A DNA stretch of 64,000 nucleotides from a virus. The notes under the pieces are model-generated. The model did not search any database. It worked only from the letters and a program-made list of their open reading frames with translations, and was not told where the DNA came from. Positions 55,040 to 64,000 of this stretch are shown here, one piece after another. The stretch covers positions 1-64,000 of IMG/VR virus record IMGVR_UViG_3300018080_005856; one strand, given 5' to 3'. Each line of letters opens with the position of its first letter. Position 1 is the stretch's first letter. The position numbers and the translations under genes are program-made.

Positions 55040-55743
55040 AAGTATCATTTCACATGGCAGAAAGTGTAAGATTCAGGGCCTGTGTAAATACAGCAAAACA
55101 CCTTACCGGTAGAAGAACTATCAACATATTCCATAGGGTAGTAGGATCTGAACCGTACCAAATAGATGCTTATAATAATCATTCAGCAACTACCGTGGAA
55201 AAGTACAAGGATATAATTGTAGAGTACCACGCTAATCTCATAGACTTATCCAGCAGATGTCAGATACTTGAAGATATCCATGGTGACCCCGCTACTCATA
55301 AAACTGAAGAGGACGCTCTCAGGCAGTTCGAAAACAGCCTGGTTGCCAATATAAGGATAGTAACAGACAACGACAAGAATATCCACATGTTCCCTATAAT
55401 GGAGATAGACATAAGCAACGATGTTATGTTCAGATTAAAGACAGGCTGCCGTACTATAAGAATGCTGTGCCCTAACAATTACAGTGGGGGAATGATAAGC
55501 CGGGACGGTGGCCTATTTGAAAGATTCATGGGAAATGTTTCTACTTCACATATCAAACCCATCTCAGCCGCAGATTGTTCTATTAAACTAAGTTACCATA
55601 TAGGAGAAATAGTCCATAGGGCTATAAAGTATACGATAACCGAGGGTATTAGGGCCCCCAGCTGGCCGTCGTGGGATAACTGGCGGGATACCTACGAATT
55701 CGTCAAAGGGGAACAAATAAATGTAGGGGTGCTTAAGATATGA
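55036..55743 (+). CDS. Tandem paralogue 4
   Basis: IMEIDISNDVMFRLKTG...LCP...ISRDGG.F...W..W. Confidence 0.7.
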   Translation: MKVSFHMAESVRFRACVNTAKHLTGRRTINIFHRVVGSEPYQIDAYNNHSATTVEKYKDIIVEYHANLIDLSSRCQILEDIHGDPATHKTEEDALRQFENSLVANIRIVTDNDKNIHMFPIMEIDISNDVMFRLKTGCRTIRMLCPNNYSGGMISRDGGLFERFMGNVSTSHIKPISAADCSIKLSYHIGEIVHRAIKYTITEGIRAPSWPSWDNWRDTYEFVKGEQINVGVLKI

Positions 55744-56426
55744 GAGTATCATTCTATCAGACAGAGCACATTGAAATATTAGCCGGTGTACAACGTCATG
55801 GATTGAACAATCAAACTCTAATACTCCCTAAAACAGTACGGTTATATGGTTTTGACCAGACAGACAATACCATTACTCTCCTAGTAACATACTACGCTGG
55901 CGATAAAAACACTATCTCGCAAACCAGGATCAGGATGGTGGAAGGATATGAAAAGGAATCACCGTTGTTTTATGACGCTTCCGAGGAGAGGCAGGCCTTA
56001 CGTCGGTTCTGGCATCAGGTATCTGAGACCATTAAGCCTATGTGGAATAGCGATAAAAATCGATATGAAGTTACTATAATGGAAATAGACCTTAGGGATG
56101 ATGTTATGGCTATGGTAAAAACCGGATGTAAACACCTCAGGATGGTATGCCCGGGATCATACTCCCGGGGGCTTATAGTAAGCGAGGACGGGGGTCCTTT
56201 TCTTAATAGGCTGCCCCCTGGGTTTTATTATCCCAACTATAGGTGGGGTGTTAGCCATCCCATGGTAGAGTGCCATAGGGACAAAGACATAGTAGAGGTT
56301 TTGTATAAGTCCGTGCGTGATTACCTGCCAGATGAGATTGAGATGGTATATTGGCAATGTTGGCTGGATTGGAAGAGTAGCTATGAAGAAGAGTTGGGCA
56401 TGTTGGAGAATCCTATCCCCTTATAA
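55740..56426 (+). CDS. Tandem paralogue 5
   Basis: IMEIDLRDDVMAMVKTG...VCP...VSEDGG.F...W..W. Confidence 0.7.
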   Translation: MRVSFYQTEHIEILAGVQRHGLNNQTLILPKTVRLYGFDQTDNTITLLVTYYAGDKNTISQTRIRMVEGYEKESPLFYDASEERQALRRFWHQVSETIKPMWNSDKNRYEVTIMEIDLRDDVMAMVKTGCKHLRMVCPGSYSRGLIVSEDGGPFLNRLPPGFYYPNYRWGVSHPMVECHRDKDIVEVLYKSVRDYLPDEIEMVYWQCWLDWKSSYEEELGMLENPIPL

Positions 56427-56438
56427 TGGAGGCAAATA

Positions 56439-56894
56439 ATGTCACGTGATCTTGAGTACGATAGAGACAGTTACGGTGACCCCTTCAATGCGTTCAGAGG
56501 AGATACTAAGATGTCCGCTTACCTGGATGTAGATTCTGGTATGTTTGATAATGTAATGGATAGGTTGTATATAGGGAGGGCTCGACATATCAAAGTAAGC
56601 TTGAGCCTTGTAATGTATTATACTGATAGTGTTTCCACGGCCATGTGTGATCTCAGCATTTCCAGGGCCCTAGAGATATATAATATAGAGATAGGAAAAC
56701 AAGAGATAGGAAAACGTAGATATGGGAATAGTAGACTTATATGGTATAACACTGAGTATAAGCCCCCGGTTAAAGGTTCATTTGCCTACAAATGTCTGGA
56801 AGCCGCAGCAAGAATAATAAAGGACCAATCATTGAGTAATGACACTATATTGGACATTGTATACGGTGGAAATAGTGTTATAAGAGTAAAATAG
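56439..56894 (+). CDS. Hypothetical protein
   Basis: GGAGG RBS. DNVMDRLYIG weakly echoes the paralogue motif. Confidence 0.65.
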   Translation: MSRDLEYDRDSYGDPFNAFRGDTKMSAYLDVDSGMFDNVMDRLYIGRARHIKVSLSLVMYYTDSVSTAMCDLSISRALEIYNIEIGKQEIGKRRYGNSRLIWYNTEYKPPVKGSFAYKCLEAAARIIKDQSLSNDTILDIVYGGNSVIRVK

Positions 56895-56903
56895 GAGAAA
56901 ACA

Positions 56904-57866
56904 ATGGACGATAATAAAGAACAGAACGAGCTCAAACATCTTGCTCACAATTATACCCCTTATCACGGCTCCGGGGGTACTACCACCCAGGTTTCCTCTG
57001 ATGATGATAAAGAGACCACAGCCAATATGGTACTGGTTAATCTCATGAAAAGAAAGAACGACCTGATAAGGAGCGAGATTCTAAGAACCATATACGAGGG
57101 AACCGGAGATGGTGATGATTATGTAGTAAGGGGAACCAAAGCAAGGAAGTTACTCGATAGTATATCGTATTCTAATGGTGAATGTTATCTGATGCGAGAG
57201 GTCTACGCCACGGACGAAGATTATGAAGAGATTATGTTATGGCCCGAAGAGGAAGCTTTGAAAATAGCATATGAGATCTTACACTGGCTTACATTACATA
57301 CCCCAGATTCCAAGGCTAAATATGAGAAGGAAAATCCTGGGTGTAATATTGCACATGGTGAAATGGCCAGTGGGATCACCCAGAGTACATGTCCATTCTG
57401 TGTACGAGAAACACTACACAAGCAAATTTCCTGTGTGATGTGTGGTTATGGTAAGAGAAATGGAATATGCGTACGTCAGTACTCACGTATACGGTTCCTT
57501 TCTACCATAATAAATATTAACGATGCTATAACTACGGAATCATATATAGCGATACGGGATGAAATGGAGAGGGATCTTTCTGTGATTTATGCCACCCGAT
57601 TCCCAGAACACCGTGATCGTATTTGCAAGCCTAGATACCGACCGCTAGAAGCAAAGGATCTTGATAGCGTCATGGGAAAAGTAATAGAACGCACATTGTC
57701 TTCTGGGTATACTGTAATGCATACCCTGTCGAGTGCTGTAGTGGATAAAGATGGAAAGCTGTTAAGCATTGCCAGTATAAGCATGAAAGACCTGGAAACA
57801 GAGGGATGGGTGTTCAGGGATACTCATGAACCTGTAGCCGTGAAAATTATCACCGGAGAGAAGTAG
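56904..57866 (+). CDS. Hypothetical protein with a Cys cluster
   Basis: CPFC...C..C.Y....G.C. Confidence 0.7.
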   Translation: MDDNKEQNELKHLAHNYTPYHGSGGTTTQVSSDDDKETTANMVLVNLMKRKNDLIRSEILRTIYEGTGDGDDYVVRGTKARKLLDSISYSNGECYLMREVYATDEDYEEIMLWPEEEALKIAYEILHWLTLHTPDSKAKYEKENPGCNIAHGEMASGITQSTCPFCVRETLHKQISCVMCGYGKRNGICVRQYSRIRFLSTIININDAITTESYIAIRDEMERDLSVIYATRFPEHRDRICKPRYRPLEAKDLDSVMGKVIERTLSSGYTVMHTLSSAVVDKDGKLLSIASISMKDLETEGWVFRDTHEPVAVKIITGEK

Positions 57867-57872
57867 GTTGAC

Positions 57873-58211
57873 ATGGAGATATTGTTCATAATTCTTGTTA
57901 TTATTTCAGCGGGATACATGTTTGTTTGCGTAACAAATAATAGACCGCCTACAAAACTCATTTATGCTATCATATCAACAGCGGTTCTCGTAGTGTCTAT
58001 ACTGTCAATATTATACATTGCTGTGAACCGTTATGATGGAATAAGTATATCAGAAATATCTGTAGATCATATATCAGAGGGGGATATGACAATAACGTTT
58101 GAGAAACCAACACTGTGTCGATTTACAGTAGAAGTATATAAGTCTTGGTCTTTTGTGGAGGACAGGATAATATCCATCCATGTGATTGGAGACAAGGAGG
58201 TAAGAAAATGA
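57873..58211 (+). CDS. Membrane protein
   Basis: Two N-terminal TM segments. Confidence 0.65.
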   Translation: MEILFIILVIISAGYMFVCVTNNRPPTKLIYAIISTAVLVVSILSILYIAVNRYDGISISEISVDHISEGDMTITFEKPTLCRFTVEVYKSWSFVEDRIISIHVIGDKEVRK

Positions 58212-58591
58212 CAATACTATCTGACTTTATAGAAACAAGGGGGCTGTATAGTGATATCAGGAATACAAGCGGAGATATAGCCGTAGAGTATAAGAAAGAC
58301 TTTCGTGGTATAGGTAGAATGTTCCTCAGAAGAGTAGCAGAAAGACTGGATCTGGTAGAATATAGAATATCCTACAATGCTGCAGGTATTGCCTGTTCTG
58401 GTGATCACATTCTAATGGGTATGAAAGGAGAGAAGGGCATATATGTTTCCTTCAACACAGACGGGATGAAGGAAATACTGTACCGAAGTATAACAGACAT
58501 GCAGGACTTCACAGGTGGCCAGAATAACTACGTGCCCATTGTAGCTGACTATGATGAGATTGTAAGTAAACTGGAGAAATTGCTTGAATGA
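58208..58591 (+). CDS. Hypothetical phage protein
   Basis: AGGAGGT RBS at MTILSD. N.AGIACSGD...LYR.....D.TGG.N. Confidence 0.7.
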   Translation: MTILSDFIETRGLYSDIRNTSGDIAVEYKKDFRGIGRMFLRRVAERLDLVEYRISYNAAGIACSGDHILMGMKGEKGIYVSFNTDGMKEILYRSITDMQDFTGGQNNYVPIVADYDEIVSKLEKLLE

Positions 58592-59364
58592 TACCCATAT
58601 TTTACGATAGTATGAACATTTCCTACAGTACTCCATATGATAACGTTCCGGACGAAGTCAGTTCAGATTCCGGTGTTACTACCAAAATGCTAAGGAATAT
58701 CCATAGGATAATTCCTGGGGAAATCAGGGTAAATGAAGGAGCTAGTCGGGATATTACAGTCAGCTACAATTACTCTGTAGGAGTATGTGTTACTACTCCT
58801 ATGGATGTAATGTTCAGAAACCATATTGGTATAATTCGCAATAACAGTTACCTAATGTGGATGACGGCCGACCAGGAAATACATGGTGATATATCTGGAA
58901 ACCTAACATATAGTCTAGCGGAAGGAGCACAGTGGCAGTTCCTGCAGTTGTGCAATATAGATAACAAGATAGATATGTTGAAAGTAATGTATAATCCCAT
59001 GGCCGCGAGTGATCCCGTTTCAGCAAGAATGCATACACAAAGACATTGTCTATCTGATAGTTTCCGCCAGTTTGTGCATAATAATGGTTATGGTATTAGT
59101 GATTCATTATTAAAGGCAGCAGCTACTGTGGAAAGTATCCTGGCCCCGTTTGCAATACGGTCATACAATAAAGAAGAAGGGGAGACAGGTACGGTAACGA
59201 CTTTGCAAGAGTTTAGTGAGCTGCTTGATCTGAAATATGGCGTATTGAAAAGGTGTTTATCTGGTTTATCCTGTGGAGTAAACGCTCTCAGGGCCAAAGA
59301 TGATATGAAAGAATGGAAGAAGGAAGCCGATAGCTTGGCTGAGTACTATGGGAGAAAGATGTGA
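58588..59364 (+). CDS. Hypothetical protein
   Basis: Coupled ORF. Confidence 0.7.
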   Translation: MIPIFYDSMNISYSTPYDNVPDEVSSDSGVTTKMLRNIHRIIPGEIRVNEGASRDITVSYNYSVGVCVTTPMDVMFRNHIGIIRNNSYLMWMTADQEIHGDISGNLTYSLAEGAQWQFLQLCNIDNKIDMLKVMYNPMAASDPVSARMHTQRHCLSDSFRQFVHNNGYGISDSLLKAAATVESILAPFAIRSYNKEEGETGTVTTLQEFSELLDLKYGVLKRCLSGLSCGVNALRAKDDMKEWKKEADSLAEYYGRKM

Positions 59365-59852
59365 TGAATACGGATGTATTACCATACATTGCAGTAGTAG
59401 ATGATTTAGTCCTGCATAAACGTGTCTTGGCTAGCCCTGTAGGCGCTCTTATTGCGCATAAAGAGTTCAAGTCGGTTTTATATGAGTGCCGTGACAGTAT
59501 AGACACCAGAGCACGTACCTTATTATCAGAAGAGTTTGCCCCATGTGACGTGTCGTTTGGAGAACCTGAAGCGAATATTCTGCGTGATCATCTTATTTCC
59601 AAGATATATAAGTTGTTTATTCCAAGCATGGAGTGTGCAAAAGCAAGGGGGCTGTTGACAGAAAACTATGAGATAAGTATAGATTATCACAGGTTCCGGA
59701 ACGGAGATATAACAGATAATAAGAAAGTGATGAGACATCTCAATGAAGATATGAAAAACACATGGGTTAAAGATATCCTTGAAAATGAGTACTGTATCGT
59801 AGATCTCATTACTGTGTCAATACATAAAGAAGGAGAGTTACATAATGCCTAA
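59361..59852 (+). CDS. Hypothetical protein
   Basis: Coupled ORF. Confidence 0.65.
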   Translation: MMNTDVLPYIAVVDDLVLHKRVLASPVGALIAHKEFKSVLYECRDSIDTRARTLLSEEFAPCDVSFGEPEANILRDHLISKIYKLFIPSMECAKARGLLTENYEISIDYHRFRNGDITDNKKVMRHLNEDMKNTWVKDILENEYCIVDLITVSIHKEGELHNA

Positions 59853-60294
59853 AGATCATGAGAAAACCGAAAGCACGATGGAGAGATACCATCATCTTAC
59901 AGAGAGTATAGGGCAGTGGCGGAGAGCCATGGATCTATTACACTCAGAATTATGCAATCTTATAACTGATCAATTGAGAGTCCTGAAGATGCCGGCCATA
60001 AAGATAGATCTTACTATAATAGAAAAGACGGAAAGTGAGCCGGAACCGGATGACCTCCTGTCTGTAGTAAATCTGGACAGGCTGGTAACAAGTGGACTTG
60101 ATACCAAGGAGATAGAGGTTTCATTAGAGTGGAAATATGGTGATGATGATTGTGATGAAGACCGATACAGTATAAGACTAGAGGAATTAACCATAGACGA
60201 GTTGCATAAGCTATCTACACAGATTATACTTGGAGAGAAGGCACCATATCATAGTAACAATGATGATGAAGGTCTGGAATATACTGAACAATAG
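59845..60294 (+). CDS. Acidic hypothetical protein
   Basis: Coupled ORF with RBS. Confidence 0.65.
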   Translation: MPKDHEKTESTMERYHHLTESIGQWRRAMDLLHSELCNLITDQLRVLKMPAIKIDLTIIEKTESEPEPDDLLSVVNLDRLVTSGLDTKEIEVSLEWKYGDDDCDEDRYSIRLEELTIDELHKLSTQIILGEKAPYHSNNDDEGLEYTEQ

Positions 60295-60321
60295 TAGGAT
60301 GCATTAAATGGAGGTGAGACT

Positions 60322-60675
60322 ATGATGGATATATGTTACTTTATGGCAAACAATATAGAGGGCCTGGGTGAGGTTCATAAGTTCCCTCTCTACGCATCAC
60401 CAGAAGGATATGTATTTGAATGCCAGGGTTGGGCTACTCAAGATGTAATAGACAACAACGTAGACGACCCCGTAATGACAGAGTGGTATATCTTTGCGGA
60501 GACATATAAGGAAGGAGAGGTAGAGTATTATGGTGCTATATCATCTCCCGAGGGAATAAAACTATGTCATTTCAAGCATTCAGATCTCAAGAAGATCCCA
60601 CATATTCTGATAGAGAGGGACGTGAGGATACTGAATGATATTCAGCCCCCGGAAACATGGAGAAAGCTAGGCTAG
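60322..60675 (+). CDS. Hypothetical protein, weakly DUF2958-like
   Basis: PLYA...WYI.....YYG......L..F....L......IERD. Confidence 0.55.
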   Translation: MMDICYFMANNIEGLGEVHKFPLYASPEGYVFECQGWATQDVIDNNVDDPVMTEWYIFAETYKEGEVEYYGAISSPEGIKLCHFKHSDLKKIPHILIERDVRILNDIQPPETWRKLG

Positions 60676-61442
60676 CCGTATATTTTGCCGTTTACTATAG
60701 CTTTACCATATCTGAATAATACAGGTTGATAGAGAAAGTTATTCCCGACTTTAGGAAGATAAAAGATTCCAGCCGATGCCGACCAGTTGCTTGTAACAGG
60801 ATGTTTCATATAGTTATCTTTATGATCGATATCCTCAAAGGTGCCCAGTTGTATCGCGAATAGTTCCCCTCTCATGTGTTTATGTATTTCCACACCGGTA
60901 ACATGTGTATGATACCGTACTACGGAGATCCCATTAGTTTGTACTAACTTTCTGACACGATTTGAGGGACAATCGCCACTTCCGTTCTTATCATCACCAT
61001 GCATAAAGAATATAGTGTTCTTCCATACATATTCCTTCATGGCTTCCCATCCTAGTTCTTCCAATTTCAGCAACTTGGCACCGTCGGTAGCGTCAAGATC
61101 TTCCAGCCATAGTTCTCCCTTCTTCTTACTCTCTAACCTTCTCCAAAAGTGGTTATCCTTGAGAAGTATCTTCCTCGCTGCCGGCGCCGCGGCGTTCACT
61201 TGAGTCATCCAGTTAAATGCTAGATCCAGTTCATATTGTAGTCCTGTTAGCTGGTAAGAGTTCTTTGGGTACATTGACAGACAATCGGCACATATTATAT
61301 CTCCCCCATCCAAGATAGTATCAGGCTCTATATCTTGTATAATTTCCAAGAGAAGATTACATGCTTTCTTATCATGTCTTGGTATATGAATATCTCCGTA
61401 TGTAAACAGTATCCTGTAATCATCTCTTATAGATTTTGCCAT
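60672..61442 (-). CDS. Calcineurin-like metallophosphoesterase
   Basis: GDIH, GGDIICAD, DNH, MHG, YHTH motifs. Confidence 0.8.
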   Translation of the reverse strand: MAKSIRDDYRILFTYGDIHIPRHDKKACNLLLEIIQDIEPDTILDGGDIICADCLSMYPKNSYQLTGLQYELDLAFNWMTQVNAAAPAARKILLKDNHFWRRLESKKKGELWLEDLDATDGAKLLKLEELGWEAMKEYVWKNTIFFMHGDDKNGSGDCPSNRVRKLVQTNGISVVRYHTHVTGVEIHKHMRGELFAIQLGTFEDIDHKDNYMKHPVTSNWSASAGIFYLPKVGNNFLYQPVLFRYGKAIVNGKIYG

Positions 61443-61464
61443 TACGTTACTCTCCTATGATATA

Positions 61465-64000
61465 TTAGTTACATGCGTTATATAGTCTGTTCAATGTAGA
61501 TGATCCTGTTGTGTAGAAATGTCCCCCTCTACGTTGCTGATTGAACATGAACTCCCTTGATATTAGTTCTAGTTTCTCATCATGCCCACTCGGTCTTTGT
61601 GTCCTTGTTGAAGCAGGAACCGGCATTATTGTAGGAGTTGGTAGAAGAGAAGAAGGGGATACAGCCTTTGTTCTTGATCCTACTAGGAACATACCCCCCG
61701 CTTCTGTTAATCTGTCTGCTGCTGATCTTGTGCTTACTGTGAATTCTTCTGGGCTCAGTGTTGGTGAAACCATTTCGTCGAAAACTATTCCAGGGTATCT
61801 ATCGGAGAGTCTTGTAGTATTGTTCTTTATCTCTTCATAATAAACATCGTTGACCTTTGCTCTCCGATCAAATGACCTGCTTACCCTGGGATCCTTTCTC
61901 GTGTTGAATCCCATCTCCATCTTTGTTCTGACCTGTGATGGCCTCTCTCTGGTCTTTGGGATTACTGGCACTATGGAAGTAGCGTCCAACAGATCTCCAG
62001 CTTTCTTCCCTACAGTTGACTGGGTGATACTCGACAGTTTCTCTCTTGCAGTATCCATAGTAGACTTTAGATCTGACTCGGCCAGTTGACTTTCCTGGGC
62101 ATACTTCCCCACTTTGGCTTTCTCTGATCTTAATGTTGTAGCCAACTTCCCTTTTGATGCATTATACAGCTCGGCAGATTTGGATTGTATTTCTCTGGCA
62201 GCTGACTCCACGTGTTTTATGGCCTTTGCCATTGGGGCGGTGCCCATTACTTCCGATGTCTTCTTAGCTATGTCTTCAGCTAGGCCTGTAACGGTTTGCC
62301 ATAAATCGCTTCTTAAGAATACATTTCTGGCAGTGTTTATAAGACCCTTCCATTCCTTTAATACTTCCTCTGCTGGTAAGCTTCTCAGACCTTTGAATAT
62401 TGCGTGTGCCTTTTCTATTGGAGAACCCATAGGACTATGCGCTTTGTAACCCATCCTCAGTTGTGACTCTGGCTCAATAGAAGGGGACGAACTACTCCAC
62501 TGTACTTTCTTTAATCTCTTAAACCTCTCCTGTCTTTCTCTTATGCTCCTTCTTATGTCCTTGTCACTTTTGATATGTGGTAATATGCCGAACGTAGCAA
62601 TGCCTGCTATCCCACCAGCTACTATATATCTTGGGTTCTGTATAGCAAGGTCTGCTCCTTTTATGAGTTTCTTAACCTGTTCTGACACACCTACGCCAGT
62701 GCTTTTCAGTATATTATTGAATTCCCCTCTGCTCTGGTTGGCGCTGCGACCTATCGCAACAGAATACATGTCTTTGAAATAGCTTCGGAATGCCTTAATG
62801 TGGCGGTTTACTGTTTCTCCTCTTCCCAGTACTTTCCTCCACCTGGAACCAAAGTCACTGTACATTAATCTTCGTGATACCGTATATATGGAGGCGTGTG
62901 AACCGTCATCTACTCTGTCCCGGTTGTGAGTAAGATAGAACTTCAGTTTCTCATACTTATTCTGGATTGCGGTCCTTACATTGTTTGCTCCAGCTATATA
63001 TGATAGTAGTCCTGCTATCATAAGGGTACCAACTGGAAACCTTGGAGCCCCTCTCCTAGCCTTCCCAACAATGGTGCCAAACGAGTTGTTCTTTGCCACC
63101 TGGGCCAGGAACATATCAGGACTGGACTCTAGAAGATTTCTATCCGTTAGTGCTCCTGTTATGGCTTTAAGAGGTAGGTCTTTTGTGTTTATGCCCATCC
63201 GTATAAGCTTATCATTGGATGTATTCAGGAGATGGCGGGTAAACTCGGTGTTTAGAGAATCTTGTACAGCTACTCCTACGTTTCTATCTATAGTTTTACT
63301 ATATTGTCTTAAAGCAAATTGGAAGTCGGATTCAAGTGTGGGATGGTTCTTTCCATACTTGCCCAGTGAGTAACCTAGTTCTGATAACCTTTTCTCTGTA
63401 TTAGTCATCATCAGTTTGTCAAGATGAGCAGCCAGTTCTCTATCTTTGAAAACGTTATCCAAGACCGTTTCAGTAGCAAAGTCTTTCCCTATATCGAAAG
63501 ACTTGGCCAGGTTCTCTATATATGTAGTAGAGTATGCCTGTATGTTCCTCCTTACCTGTGGACTCATCCACCTAGCGGTTGCTTCTGGATCTAATATGTT
63601 GAACATTAGCTTGGACCTAGCTGCAGCTGCACTTGCTTTTAGCCGGTCTTGGAAAAGACCTCTTCTATGGTACTTAAGGGCCTCTATGTCATTTGACAGA
63701 ACGTTGGCATCGCTCTCTGCAGTAAGTCTTATTACATCGGGGCTGAGGTCGAACTCCTCACTAAGTTCCCGCATACGGGTCTTGGTGAATTCCTCTTTCC
63801 TCCAGTTCCGTGACCTCTGGTATGTCTTCGAACTTTCCGCTATCTTCTGCTGGTCATCTACGTTCTTCAGCATATGAAGCTCAGAATCAAGGAACCTTTC
63901 ACCGTTCGAGGTACGCCTTGCTTCTTCAACAAATGTCTTGAACCGGCACTGATATCTCATCGGGCAGCTTGCGCAAGCGTAGGGATTACATGCCCCTTTC
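61465..64000 (-). CDS. Large protein (>840 aa), 5'-truncated; probable virion/internal protein
   Basis: The frame stays open to the window end (KGACNPYACASCPMRYQC...). Helical, with Gly-rich hydrophobic segments and SDFGS/SPMGS motifs. Confidence 0.6.
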   Translation of the reverse strand, partial: KGACNPYACASCPMRYQCRFKTFVEEARRTSNGERFLDSELHMLKNVDDQQKIAESSKTYQRSRNWRKEEFTKTRMRELSEEFDLSPDVIRLTAESDANVLSNDIEALKYHRRGLFQDRLKASAAAARSKLMFNILDPEATARWMSPQVRRNIQAYSTTYIENLAKSFDIGKDFATETVLDNVFKDRELAAHLDKLMMTNTEKRLSELGYSLGKYGKNHPTLESDFQFALRQYSKTIDRNVGVAVQDSLNTEFTRHLLNTSNDKLIRMGINTKDLPLKAITGALTDRNLLESSPDMFLAQVAKNNSFGTIVGKARRGAPRFPVGTLMIAGLLSYIAGANNVRTAIQNKYEKLKFYLTHNRDRVDDGSHASIYTVSRRLMYSDFGSRWRKVLGRGETVNRHIKAFRSYFKDMYSVAIGRSANQSRGEFNNILKSTGVGVSEQVKKLIKGADLAIQNPRYIVAGGIAGIATFGILPHIKSDKDIRRSIRERQERFKRLKKVQWSSSSPSIEPESQLRMGYKAHSPMGSPIEKAHAIFKGLRSLPAEEVLKEWKGLINTARNVFLRSDLWQTVTGLAEDIAKKTSEVMGTAPMAKAIKHVESAAREIQSKSAELYNASKGKLATTLRSEKAKVGKYAQESQLAESDLKSTMDTAREKLSSITQSTVGKKAGDLLDATSIVPVIPKTRERPSQVRTKMEMGFNTRKDPRVSRSFDRRAKVNDVYYEEIKNNTTRLSDRYPGIVFDEMVSPTLSPEEFTVSTRSAADRLTEAGGMFLVGSRTKAVSPSSLLPTPTIMPVPASTRTQRPSGHDEKLELISREFMFNQQRRGGHFYTTGSSTLNRLYNACN

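Noticed and set aside
60004-60024. Self-target of the periodic array (IDLTIIE codons)
   Set aside because: Only 6 of 11 dinucleotides match, which is compatible with chance in 64 kb.
5421-63877. Many opposite-strand ORFs in the track (e.g. 9420-9902, 18950-19405, 37831-38355, 39987-40373, 63446-63877)
   Set aside because: They are antisense shadows of longer RBS-bearing genes, with Ser/Ile/Leu-rich composition.
1-64000. Canonical CRISPR array, cas1/cas2, DGR or retron reverse transcriptase, integrase or transposase
   Set aside because: I saw no 25-45-nt repeat-spacer array, no YxDD reverse-transcriptase ORF with an adenine-variant TR/VR pair, and no recombinase motifs.
1-64000. Stop-codon reassignment
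   Set aside because: Long genes are intact in code 11, and TAA, TAG and TGA all end genes directly before the next RBS or start.

Overview
This window looks like a 64-kb piece of a large (jumbo-type) dsDNA bacteriophage genome: genetic code 11, strong AGGAGG-type RBSs, dense small ORFans and no host housekeeping genes. All assignments come from motifs read by eye; no searches were run. Layout: (1) 1-5.2 kb (+): sugar-modification cluster (GT4 fragment, CmcI-like methyltransferase, two more glycosyltransferases, RfbF, RfbG). (2) 5.3-17.9 kb (-): tail/virion module with a 1417-aa repeat protein and a BspA/DUF285-type LRR protein. (3) 17.9-52.6 kb (-): about 90 mostly small genes, including ArdC-like, RNase H, DUF2493, two tRNAs and about 8 Sm/Hfq-like paralogues. 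They are punctuated by about 21 copies of a strand-specific 14-nt motif (TTTCYATA-N4-YG, probable phage promoter) and by many ORF-free structured RNA candidates. (4) 53-60.7 kb (+): five tandem paralogues and ORFans. (5) 60.7-64 kb (-): a metallophosphoesterase and a large truncated protein. The best candidate for a new system is a solo Cas7/RAMP-like gene (39830-40471) followed directly by a separately promoted and terminated ~110-nt RNA of eleven 5-nt-period units (conserved CR plus variable bases), then a partner gene; this suggests a non-CRISPR, periodic-code RNA-guided module. The second candidate is an operon (52.6 to 48.4 kb) with a divergent YonO/RdRP-like polymerase (DCDD instead of DxDGD), two pseudoknot plus type III hammerhead cassettes whose cut sites are exactly 300 nt apart, and two minimal tRNA-like elements.
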